This document shows, piece after piece, positions 25,957 through 34,519 of a stretch of DNA of 64,000 nt. Source of the stretch: a virus (lineage: Duplodnaviria; Caudoviricetes); the IMG/VR virus record IMGVR_UViG_3300028888_000049; one strand, given 5' to 3'. The stretch's first letter is position 1; every line of letters begins with the position of its first letter. Below the pieces are notes generated by a model. It saw only the letters and a list, made by a program, of their open reading frames with translations, was not told the DNA's origin and did no database searches. Made by a program: the position numbers and the translations under genes.

Positions 25957-27918
25957 CTACAATGTAATATCATACAACTGATTTACAAACTTTTTACCAT
26001 TCTTTTCACTAATCAAAATATAACAACCCAATTTACTCTCATCTAACTCCTTCAACTGAGCTGTATCTAATACCTTAACAAATTTTGAACAACTATTATA
26101 AACATACACAATCTCATGCTCTTTATCAGCTTTCTTATAACCAACCTTCTCTAAAGCTTCTAAATTAACTCTCTGCTTATCTACTAAATATACTAACTTT
26201 TTACCAGCATAAATACTGCCTAAATACTTTTGAATATAACTAAACCACTCATAAGTACCAAATACATAATACAAATTAGCTTGATTAACTAACTTAACAT
26301 TACCATCAGCTAATACAAAATAACTAAACACACCTACCAATTCATCTTTACGATAACATCCAATGAACTGTAACTGTGGATTAATCTCACTTGTAACAAT
26401 ATCAGCCTCAGAACTTAACTGCCTTAAAAACTCTAACGCTACAGCCTCTTTAATACTATCAAAACGTAACTTGTCATAAGACACCTTCACTGGAGCACTA
26501 CACTTCCAATTCAGCTTAAACGCCAAACTATCCCAAGGCATTTCCAAAAGTTTAAACATACATCTATCTCCTTTTTTATCAAAACTATATAATACGTTAT
26601 CACAAACTTTTCCATTTGTAAAGCGAAAAACATTATTTGTTGAAAATTTTCTTATTTTACTTCTATCTAAATTTCTAGCTCTGAACATACTACATAGAGT
26701 TGGTATAGTAGTATTATATTTGTGTGCTAATTCAGCCCATGATAATACTTTTGAGTCTTCTAATATATTATCAAATTGAATACTTAAATAATAAGTACTT
26801 TTTCTACCTATTACCCAACCTTCTCCAGGATATTCATATACTAGTTGATCTGTTTTGCCATCAGTATACCAAGTTCTACCTTTCTTTGCTTTTGCTAAAG
26901 CTTGTTTATGTTCTTCTGTAAATTTTAAATGAGGTGAATGCTGTGTCATACCTTTACTAAAACCTTCAGGAGGAACTACATCTGGTTTAATAAAGATATT
27001 AACTTCATCATTAGTATACCAAATTTTTCCAGAAATTATACTTGCTATCTTTTCTTTAAACTCTTTAGTCTGTGTAAAAGCATAAGTTTCTGGATTATAA
27101 TTTTCTTTTTTAGCTTTTGAAATCTTCTCTCCAACAGTTAATCTAGATTGTTTATACTTTTCAGAATTTTTTATTAATTCACCGTGTAATTTACACTTTT
27201 CTTCTGTCCAATACTTATGTCTATCATATTTATAATCAAGACCACGCGTTCTTAATGTATTCTGATAAGGATTAATAGATAAATTATATCCACCATGATC
27301 TATTCCAGCATTTTCAGACTTTATTAATTCATATTCTTTATTAAATAACTTTTCTTCACTATAACACCAACAAAGTATTTCTCTTTTAAACTTTTCTTTA
27401 CCATATAACTCTAAATCTTTCCAATAATCATCATTTTGAGAAGAAGACCAATAATCTTCATTAAAATACGGTAATTGACATTGACCAACATAACTTCTAT
27501 TATTCTCAAGGCATGTTATCTTATAAATATAACCAAACGGTAAATAATCTCTCACTAATACATCACTATCTTCAAAGAAATCACAATACTCTATATATTC
27601 TTTTTTATATGTCAAAAACGGACAAACTATCTTAATATTATTAGCTTTTAAAATCTCATTACATACACGCTTTATACCAACTCTTCCTTTACTGTCAATA
27701 AACGCCTTCTGATAAATCCACTTCCAATACGGTTCTTCACCTTCAACTAATATTACAGCATCTAACCTAACAATCTCATTTTCTATATCTTTTCCAGCTT
27801 TATATGACATAATAATAAGAGGATTACTATAACTTTTCAATAAACAAATGTCATCACCACTTATATACTTAACTATTTCTTCTAACTCAACTACTTTAGC
27901 ATATGTACTATATTTCAT
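25957..27918 (-). CDS. composite protein: central GIY-YIG homing-endonuclease-like region flanked by unrelated N- and C-terminal domains
   Basis: GYIYKITCLENNRSYVGQ, FKREIL, GGYNL; NUMOD3-like HKQALAKAKKG and WYTDG/WYTND repeats; C-terminal part resembles the GNAT-like tail of Hef-like phage nucleases. Confidence 0.75.
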   Translation of the reverse strand: MKYSTYAKVVELEEIVKYISGDDICLLKSYSNPLIIMSYKAGKDIENEIVRLDAVILVEGEEPYWKWIYQKAFIDSKGRVGIKRVCNEILKANNIKIVCPFLTYKKEYIEYCDFFEDSDVLVRDYLPFGYIYKITCLENNRSYVGQCQLPYFNEDYWSSSQNDDYWKDLELYGKEKFKREILCWCYSEEKLFNKEYELIKSENAGIDHGGYNLSINPYQNTLRTRGLDYKYDRHKYWTEEKCKLHGELIKNSEKYKQSRLTVGEKISKAKKENYNPETYAFTQTKEFKEKIASIISGKIWYTNDEVNIFIKPDVVPPEGFSKGMTQHSPHLKFTEEHKQALAKAKKGRTWYTDGKTDQLVYEYPGEGWVIGRKSTYYLSIQFDNILEDSKVLSWAELAHKYNTTIPTLCSMFRARNLDRSKIRKFSTNNVFRFTNGKVCDNVLYSFDKKGDRCMFKLLEMPWDSLAFKLNWKCSAPVKVSYDKLRFDSIKEAVALEFLRQLSSEADIVTSEINPQLQFIGCYRKDELVGVFSYFVLADGNVKLVNQANLYYVFGTYEWFSYIQKYLGSIYAGKKLVYLVDKQRVNLEALEKVGYKKADKEHEIVYVYNSCSKFVKVLDTAQLKELDESKLGCYILISEKNGKKFVNQLYDITL

Positions 27919-28188
27919 TTTCTAACTCCTTTTTATACAAACTAATATACTATATAGAATTATATTTGTACATAACTTTTCAAAATTATTTTTCCAAAGC
28001 TAACTTGCCCTTATATTGATTGAATAGATACCTCTCATAACTTTTCAAATTAGGTGACTCACTTACTTATTATAATGAGTTTCAGGTTTTAGTGGAGTGA
28101 ATGAAGATGTCACTTCACTCTGACCTTTGTATTTAACTGACTAAAAGATTTGATTATTAACAAATTAAAGGATACTTTGCAATAATAT

Positions 28189-28220
28189 AAAAAAGAACTC
28201 CTAGATATTTCTAGGAGTCC
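28189..28220 (-). terminator. intrinsic terminator of capsid gene
   Basis: ACTCCTAGA...TCTAGGAGT stem with a U tract on the minus strand. Confidence 0.8.
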
Positions 28221-28255
28221 TCGAATATAATAATAGTACGTTACTAAGCTCAAAA

Positions 28256-29815
28256 TTAAGCATTGTTGAAGTTAGCAATGTATCCTTTGCATAAGTATTC
28301 GGATTTGTTAATAAACAAATCGTAGAATGACAAGCAACCACGATGGTTTTTCAAATTAGGTGCCTGGAATGTCGGCGTGAAGTACAACGGAATCCACTCC
28401 GCTAAAATTATAGATGAGTCACCTAATTGGAAGCCTTTGAAGCCAAATACAACTTCGTCAGCAGCCAGTGTGTTGGTGTAAGGAACAGCGATAACACTGA
28501 TTGTGCCTTCACGCAAAGTACCAGCCAAGTACGGACCAATTGGTTTCTTAGCTTCAGGAGCAGCTTTGAAGCCTTCGATGTTTTCGATGACTGTTAAGCC
28601 TTCTTTAGCTGAGCAGATGATGAAGTCTACAGTACCACGACCAGCAACTTCTTGGATCAAGCCGCGAGCTGTTGAGATAGTCGTTGTATAAGAGCTATAT
28701 CTCTGTTGCAGTGTCAAGTTAGCACCATTAGCAGCACAGTCGAATGTCAAGTCTGCATAAGGAGTAGCAGCAGCAGAAACAGCACGAACTAATGTTAAGT
28801 CACGTTCCCAACGAATTGTACCAGCCATTTGGTTAGAGATCAATTCGTCAGTATCGATAGCTAAGTGAGCGTTCATAACCAAACCAGCAGCAACACTGTA
28901 AGAAGACATCAACGGATGTTCTTTAGCGAGAATCGGTTGGTTAGGAATATCGAACTGAATTTTACGAATCAAGTCAACGTCAGTTTCAGTATCAACAGCA
29001 CCTTCAAAGCTCATAACAGCTTTAGCGGCGATAGCTTCAGCATACAGAGCAGCATCCAATTTGATTGTAGCTTCACCTGTTTGAGCATTAACTGTACCAG
29101 CAACACCACGACCGATGATGTTGTATTCACCTTCGTTAACACCGTCTAATTTAGCAGAACCGTTACCGTAGTCACGGGCAATTTCTTTACCAGCCAAACG
29201 AACGATGAAAGAACCTGCACGCAATTTAACTGTAGCGTCATCCGGGAAAGCAGAAGACGGAGTAGCAGTAACTTCAGCAGCAGCTTCAGCGTTATCGTAA
29301 CCAATGAATTCAGAAGAATATGTACCATCAGTAGCTTGTTCGAATACGATATCACCAGCTTCAACACCAGCAGCACTCTGAGAATAACGTGTTTTGATGA
29401 TGAAGATTTGACCAGACTGACGATCTAAAGCCTGGATATCGGCAATGTAATTCGCAACCATCTGCGGATAAAAGATGTTGACGATATCTACGACTTTAGG
29501 AGTCAATGATGTAACGCCAGGAGACAAGAGAGAAACAGCGTTAGTGTTTCCACCGTCCAGACCAGCTTCCATCAAGTTGATGCCTTGTTCGTGTTGAACG
29601 TATTCAGCTGTGTTTTCGAGTAATTGAACCATTGTAGCAGCTTGGTATTGAGCGTCTTTGTTTTCAGACTCGATACCTTTAATCAAGTTCGGGCAGCGTG
29701 CACCCAGTGTAGATTCAGCCAAAACTTTAGCAGCGTGTTTAATGCCGTTGTTAACTTTAGCTGTACGAGCTTTAGCAACAGTTTCGTTAGCATTTACTTG
29801 AGCGAATAAACTCAT
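28256..29815 (-). CDS. major capsid protein (T4 Gp23-like, HK97 fold)
   Basis: 519 aa; Gp23-like segments (IADIQALDRQSGQIFIIK, ELISNQMAGTIRWERD, FGFKG...EWIPLY); strongest high-expression codon bias in the window; own terminator. Confidence 0.85.
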   Translation of the reverse strand: MSLFAQVNANETVAKARTAKVNNGIKHAAKVLAESTLGARCPNLIKGIESENKDAQYQAATMVQLLENTAEYVQHEQGINLMEAGLDGGNTNAVSLLSPGVTSLTPKVVDIVNIFYPQMVANYIADIQALDRQSGQIFIIKTRYSQSAAGVEAGDIVFEQATDGTYSSEFIGYDNAEAAAEVTATPSSAFPDDATVKLRAGSFIVRLAGKEIARDYGNGSAKLDGVNEGEYNIIGRGVAGTVNAQTGEATIKLDAALYAEAIAAKAVMSFEGAVDTETDVDLIRKIQFDIPNQPILAKEHPLMSSYSVAAGLVMNAHLAIDTDELISNQMAGTIRWERDLTLVRAVSAAATPYADLTFDCAANGANLTLQQRYSSYTTTISTARGLIQEVAGRGTVDFIICSAKEGLTVIENIEGFKAAPEAKKPIGPYLAGTLREGTISVIAVPYTNTLAADEVVFGFKGFQLGDSSIILAEWIPLYFTPTFQAPNLKNHRGCLSFYDLFINKSEYLCKGYIANFNNA

Positions 29816-29829
29816 AATTTAATTTCCTT

Positions 29830-29950
29830 ATAATAGATGAGATAGATTGTTTTAAGTTTTTTCCTATAAAATGTTGAGTTAATATCTATCTCTATAATTT
29901 GTTTTGTAACATCTGTTGAAAGGATAGCAGATGTAAATGTATAAAGAATG
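29830..29950 (-). promoter_or_regulatory. structured 5' leader and class 2-like promoter of capsid gene
   Basis: Hairpins GAGATAGA/TCTATCTC and ACATCTGTT/AGCAGATGT; ATTCTTTAT variant of the GTTCTA motif at ~29941-29949. Confidence 0.5.
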
Positions 29951-29982
29951 TTCGTTATTGTATAATTTCTTAGGTATTTTAT

Positions 29983-30168
29983 TTATTTCGATACATATAA
30001 AGATAGGTAGACTGACGTGTATTTTACCGTTCTGTACTTAAGATTTTGTATGTATTTTTGTGGAAATTTAATAAAATATAAAGAGTAGTGACAATAATAT
30101 ACTCTATAATCCAGAATAGTAGGAGGTGGAATCTCTTTGAAGTAAGATAATATGTTAGGAGATTCCAT
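29983..30168 (-). CDS. doubtful 61-aa ORF (leaderless gene or non-coding transcript)
   Basis: Class 2 motif about 10 nt upstream of the ATG; no RBS. Confidence 0.3.
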   Translation of the reverse strand: MESPNILSYFKEIPPPTILDYRVYYCHYSLYFIKFPQKYIQNLKYRTVKYTSVYLSLYVSK

Positions 30169-30355
30169 AATTATTGTATAGAACTGTATGCTGTATAAAG
30201 AGTATAGTATTTGTGAATTAATTATTTGAATTATTTTTCCGATTGTCTTGTTTTATCTTTATTTTTCAATTAGTTAAGATATGTTAAATTTTGCTTTACT
30301 TTTAATAAATTTTATGTTAATAATAGTACATTAAGTCAATTTTAAGGAGATTAAG

Positions 30356-30571
30356 ATGACAATTAAACATACTTCAGCCGATATAACAAAGTCATGGTTA
30401 CAAGAGTGGATTTGTAATAAGTCAGTAAATAATACAAAGAAATGGTTAAAAGAATGGATAGATGCACGTTCTTCTAATACTACTAAAATATGGTTAAGAA
30501 ATTGGGTAACTAATAAGTCAAAGAATAGAACTAAAAGCTGGATTAATTGTTGGATTAGACATAAATCTTAG
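30356..30571 (+). CDS. 71-aa Trp-rich protein with four 16-aa tandem repeats
   Basis: S-x-(N/D)-x-T-K-x-W-(L/I)-x-x-W-(I/V)-x-x-(K/R) x4; AAGGAG RBS; class 1 promoter at 30295. Confidence 0.8.
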   Translation: MTIKHTSADITKSWLQEWICNKSVNNTKKWLKEWIDARSSNTTKIWLRNWVTNKSKNRTKSWINCWIRHKS

Positions 30572-30596
30572 TTATCTTTATATTAAGAAGATTATT

Positions 30597-31154
30597 TTAG
30601 CCTTTATATCCATTGGCAAACATAGCTTTTCTTTGATTATCCGCTTCTTTTTTAGTTTTGAATTTACCGTGAGTACCTTCTTTACCTTTGTTTGTCCATG
30701 AATTACCTTGTTTAACAGTATCTTCATCTAGATCTATATCATTTTTTAGAGTTTCATATTTAGAATATAGTATATCTTTGATTGCTTTTAGATTACCATT
30801 ATTATTTGTATTTATGTTATATTTATTATCGTCTTTTTGTATATAAAATTCGTGATATATTTTAACTGGAAAAGTTTGTGCATTATTTTTTATTATAATA
30901 GTATGAACTTGTGGATGAATTGCTTTACCACCATCCCAAATAAATATATCATTATTTATAATTAAGCCTCTTATTTCTTTATATTGTGTATTATTTAAAA
31001 AGTTTATTAATTCTTCTTGATTTGGATTTTTAATTATAATTAATGGTTTTATTTCATCTACATTATTTAAATAATCTTTAATTATAGTTGCTTCATAAAG
31101 AGAAAGTCCTACTCTATTTAATTCTGCTTCTACTATTTTTCTAAATCGTAACAT
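30597..31154 (-). CDS. putative virion internal (cargo) protein: leader + module A + small basic module
   Basis: MLRFRKIVEAELNRVGLSLYE|A leader; KNP..KEIRGL..NDIFIWD..IH module; DLDE|D then GKFKTKKEA module. Confidence 0.7.
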   Translation of the reverse strand: MLRFRKIVEAELNRVGLSLYEATIIKDYLNNVDEIKPLIIIKNPNQEELINFLNNTQYKEIRGLIINNDIFIWDGGKAIHPQVHTIIIKNNAQTFPVKIYHEFYIQKDDNKYNINTNNNGNLKAIKDILYSKYETLKNDIDLDEDTVKQGNSWTNKGKEGTHGKFKTKKEADNQRKAMFANGYKG

Positions 31155-31163
31155 GTATTATCC

Positions 31164-32246
31164 TTAAATATTTTTTAATTCTATCGGAACAGTAGATATT
31201 TCATATATTTTATTCAATTCTTTTTCTATTTGTTTTTTAGAATAATATTTTTTATCTTCATTTATATCTTTTTCTATTTTTTCTTTATTTAAGATAATTT
31301 TAATTAAATAGTTATGTAAATTTTTTAATTCACCGCCATTACTATAATTACCTTCATTATCTTCGTTATTATACAATTCATTTATCCAATTTAAATAATT
31401 ATTTATACTTAAAGGATATTCTGGATAATGTTTTTTATAATAATATCTTTTATTTGTTTGAATTATACTTTCATGATTATTTGGTTCATATGGATATTGA
31501 AAAGGTAAGATTTTAAAATTTTCTGAAAGTTTATCTCCGTCTAAAACTAATATAGCTGGTCTAGAATATATACCTGTTGTATAATCATTTTTTAATTGTC
31601 GACTAGTACTTATACCGATATCTCTATTATGCCAAAGTGAATCCGTTTCTAATATTTTAATTAAATCTGACAATGAAGCTACTCCGTGATAAAGTAAACC
31701 TACTTGTTTAGCTTCTTTTAAAGTATTTTCATCTAAATCTTCTAATTCCCAGTCTTGATGCGGAGATATATTATATATTTCATTTTCACCGAAAGTATGC
31801 AAAAAATGTTTGTTATTTAATAAAATTTTTTTAAGTAAGTCTATATCTCTTATATTATTATCATTTCCTTTTTGAATATATCCTGCTTCTAATTTACCAT
31901 TATATACAAAATCACCAATATAAGAATTACTATCTATATGTATTCTTTCTTTTAATAAATTTAACATTTCTGTATGTATACAAAAATAAGCATCCCATAC
32001 ATAAAAATCATTATCAATAGCTAATCCTCTTAATTCTTTTTCTTCACAATTTTGTAAAATATTATCAATTTCAATACTTGATGGATTTTTATATACATAT
32101 AGATATCTTAAACCAGTATCAACAGCATCAAAATAAAGCAAGGTATTAGCTAATTCATCAATAGAAAATTTAATAGTAGAAGATTCATAAAGTGAAAATC
32201 CTATTTTATTTAATTCTGATTCTACTATTTCACGCCATTTAGACAT
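31164..32246 (-). CDS. putative virion internal protein: leader + module A + ART-like module
   Basis: MSKWREIVESELNKIGFSLYE|S leader; module A; DLDENTLKE|AKQVGLLYH...GISTSR...LVLDGDKLS...HES. Confidence 0.7.
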   Translation of the reverse strand: MSKWREIVESELNKIGFSLYESSTIKFSIDELANTLLYFDAVDTGLRYLYVYKNPSSIEIDNILQNCEEKELRGLAIDNDFYVWDAYFCIHTEMLNLLKERIHIDSNSYIGDFVYNGKLEAGYIQKGNDNNIRDIDLLKKILLNNKHFLHTFGENEIYNISPHQDWELEDLDENTLKEAKQVGLLYHGVASLSDLIKILETDSLWHNRDIGISTSRQLKNDYTTGIYSRPAILVLDGDKLSENFKILPFQYPYEPNNHESIIQTNKRYYYKKHYPEYPLSINNYLNWINELYNNEDNEGNYSNGGELKNLHNYLIKIILNKEKIEKDINEDKKYYSKKQIEKELNKIYEISTVPIELKNI

Positions 32247-32275
32247 TAATATATACTCTAATGAAATAAAAATAA

Positions 32276-32662
32276 TTATTTATTTTGAGGATTATCTTTA
32301 TTAGCTATATCCCATGTCATAAGATCATCTTTATTGAAACCGTCTACAAACCCTTTACCAACATATTTATTATTATTTGGCCTTTTGTCACAAAATTCAT
32401 TAAATAAATAATATCTCAAATCTTCTAGTTTATCAAGGGCTTTTTGTAATTTTTTATTACCTTTATATTTATTCCAAGCAAGGTGTTGTAAATCATTTTC
32501 TGCTTTTTCCAATATATTATCTATTTTTACTAAACCATCATCATAAAAATCTACTTCATAATTATCCATATCATAATCTATAGCTTGAGTTACTGAAGGA
32601 TTACCGATATCTTCTTCTAATTTTTGACAAGCTTCTTTAAAAATTCTAATATATTTATTCAT
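32276..32662 (-). CDS. putative virion internal protein
   Basis: MNKYIRIFKEACQKLEE|D leader; class 2 motif upstream. Confidence 0.7.
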   Translation of the reverse strand: MNKYIRIFKEACQKLEEDIGNPSVTQAIDYDMDNYEVDFYDDGLVKIDNILEKAENDLQHLAWNKYKGNKKLQKALDKLEDLRYYLFNEFCDKRPNNNKYVGKGFVDGFNKDDLMTWDIANKDNPQNK

Positions 32663-32703
32663 TTTGGATTTCCTTAAGATTTAGAAGAATTAAACATAAC
32701 TAA

Positions 32704-32710
32704 TAGAACT
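32704..32710 (-). promoter_or_regulatory. class 2 (putative late) promoter motif AGTTCTA
   Basis: Recurs upstream of about 12 genes on their sense strand. Confidence 0.6.
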
Positions 32711-32718
32711 ATTTATTT

Positions 32719-33603
32719 TTATTTAATTCTTCTACTTTTGTATTCAACTGTTTTAATTTCAGGTAATTGATCTATCTGATTATTTTTTAAAACAGCTTTG
32801 TGACCTTTTTCATCTCTTAGATATACTGGTAAATTTGGATACATACCTTTAAACATCTTTATATTTTTATTTATTTCTTGAATAACACTATTTAGTTTTT
32901 TATTATCAAGATAACTTTTTATATCATTTTCTGACGGATAACGAACTATTAAGCCAATTAAATATTTATTTAAATTATTAATAAACAATGGTTCAATTAA
33001 ATCATCAGAATATTCATCAGGAAATATAAACATATCCTTAATTAAATTATTAAATTTATTAAATTCAATCAAATGATCTAAATTTGATGAATCAAAATGT
33101 TTTTTAAAAAATTGTTTACGAGCTTTATTTATTGCATTATCTATATTTTTAAAAGGAATTTTTAGTTCACCTGTTTTATCATCTACATAACCGCCTAGTT
33201 CTTGTGAATCTACATATTTAAATAGTTCTTCTTTGGATATTTTGAATTTTTCTAATATTTTTTTTAATTCTTTTGAAAAAGTGTGTTTTTCTTGATGAGG
33301 CGGTATAACTTTAAACTCATCTGCGCTATTCATAAATCTATATATTTTATAGTTATCTGATAATTTATCACCATCTAATATTAATGTATAATAACTAAAA
33401 TGATGCCAACCTTTATCGTTAAACCACCCTTCATGCTTATCAAAAGATATACCACTACTAGTTTTAGCTTTTAAACAATTACTTTTAAGTATTTCTTGTA
33501 TATTCGATGTATTATGATATAAAGGGCCTACTTGTTTAGCTTCTTCTAGCGTATATCCAAATTCTTTTAAAACTGATTCTACTATTTTTTTGAATTCCGA
33601 CAT
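32719..33603 (-). CDS. putative virion internal protein: leader + ART-like module
   Basis: MSEFKKIVESVLKEFGYTLEE|AKQVGPLYH...GISFD...LILDGDKLS...ADEF. Confidence 0.7.
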   Translation of the reverse strand: MSEFKKIVESVLKEFGYTLEEAKQVGPLYHNTSNIQEILKSNCLKAKTSSGISFDKHEGWFNDKGWHHFSYYTLILDGDKLSDNYKIYRFMNSADEFKVIPPHQEKHTFSKELKKILEKFKISKEELFKYVDSQELGGYVDDKTGELKIPFKNIDNAINKARKQFFKKHFDSSNLDHLIEFNKFNNLIKDMFIFPDEYSDDLIEPLFINNLNKYLIGLIVRYPSENDIKSYLDNKKLNSVIQEINKNIKMFKGMYPNLPVYLRDEKGHKAVLKNNQIDQLPEIKTVEYKSRRIK

Positions 33604-33633
33604 TAAAATTTCCCTAATTGCTTAATTAACTAA

Positions 33634-33672
33634 TAGAACTACTATAGTTTTGTAATTATTTATAAAGTTCTA
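33634..33672. promoter_or_regulatory. back-to-back class 2 motifs (divergent promoters)
   Basis: TAGAACT at 33634 (minus) and AGTTCTA at 33666 (plus). Confidence 0.6.
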
Positions 33673-33706
33673 AATAAAAGTGTCTTATTTTTTTAGGAAT
33701 AGTCTT

Positions 33707-34096
33707 ATGAATAAGTATATTCAGTATTTTAGAGAAGCAGTTGAAGAGTTAGAAGAAGGTGATATTATCTCTTTTAATAGAAAGTTAGATAATCATCATT
33801 TTAAAATGGACTTAGATAAGTTACGTCAGTTAGGTGTAAGTTATCATTTATCTAGATTCTTAAATAGAGTTAATACTACTAAATATATGTCATTACTAGA
33901 AAAAGAAGCTTATGATGATCGTAATTTAAGATTATTTTTAAATGAAGTTATGGAAAATATAAGAAAAGATGAAGCTTTGTCTTATGATTTTGATTTAGTT
34001 AAAGAAAGATATGCTGGAAGTGATATTAAAGATTATTTGTTTTTAGGGAAGTTATTATCACTTATTAAAGGTTTTGAAGTATCTTTGGCTGCGTAA
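33707..34096 (+). CDS. putative virion internal protein
   Basis: MNKYIQYFREAVEELEE|G leader like 32276..32662; AGGA RBS at ATG 33707. Confidence 0.7.
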   Translation: MNKYIQYFREAVEELEEGDIISFNRKLDNHHFKMDLDKLRQLGVSYHLSRFLNRVNTTKYMSLLEKEAYDDRNLRLFLNEVMENIRKDEALSYDFDLVKERYAGSDIKDYLFLGKLLSLIKGFEVSLAA

Positions 34097-34127
34097 TATT
34101 TAATTGTTCTTATCTATATTTTTTAAT

Positions 34128-34163
34128 TTTTGGTTTTACATTTAACATTTTTAAATTTATATT
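34128..34163 (+). promoter_or_regulatory. class 1 promoter
   Basis: TTTTGGTTTTACA-N17-TATATT. Confidence 0.7.
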
Positions 34164-34186
34164 ATTTTTATTGAAAGGATAATGTA

Positions 34187-34510
34187 ATGTTAGATGATAC
34201 TCTTAAACTAAAAATTAAAAATAAAATAGTACAGTTATTTTCTTTAGATGATACTGTTGAAGTAGATATTTTTTCTCATTTAAATAAACGTTATTTTAAC
34301 ACATATTGGATTACTTTTGTTAAAGATGGTAAGCTAGTAAATTCTTCTATTATTTTTGACAAAGCTAAAGATATTATTGATAAGGTAAATGGTTTATGTC
34401 TTATTCATTATGAAGATAAAAGTCAATTTGATATTTTTGGTATTTATGCAGATAAAATTGAAGATTTTTTAAATCAAGATATTACAGAATTAACTATAAA
34501 ATTGTTTTAG
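34187..34510 (+). CDS. hypothetical protein
   Basis: AAGGA RBS. Confidence 0.8.
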   Translation: MLDDTLKLKIKNKIVQLFSLDDTVEVDIFSHLNKRYFNTYWITFVKDGKLVNSSIIFDKAKDIIDKVNGLCLIHYEDKSQFDIFGIYADKIEDFLNQDITELTIKLF

Positions 34511-34519
34511 GATTATAAA

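Noticed and set aside
28025-28090. Hammerhead ribozyme on the minus strand
   Set aside because: GAAAC...GUC is present but CUGANGA and a proper stem I are missing.
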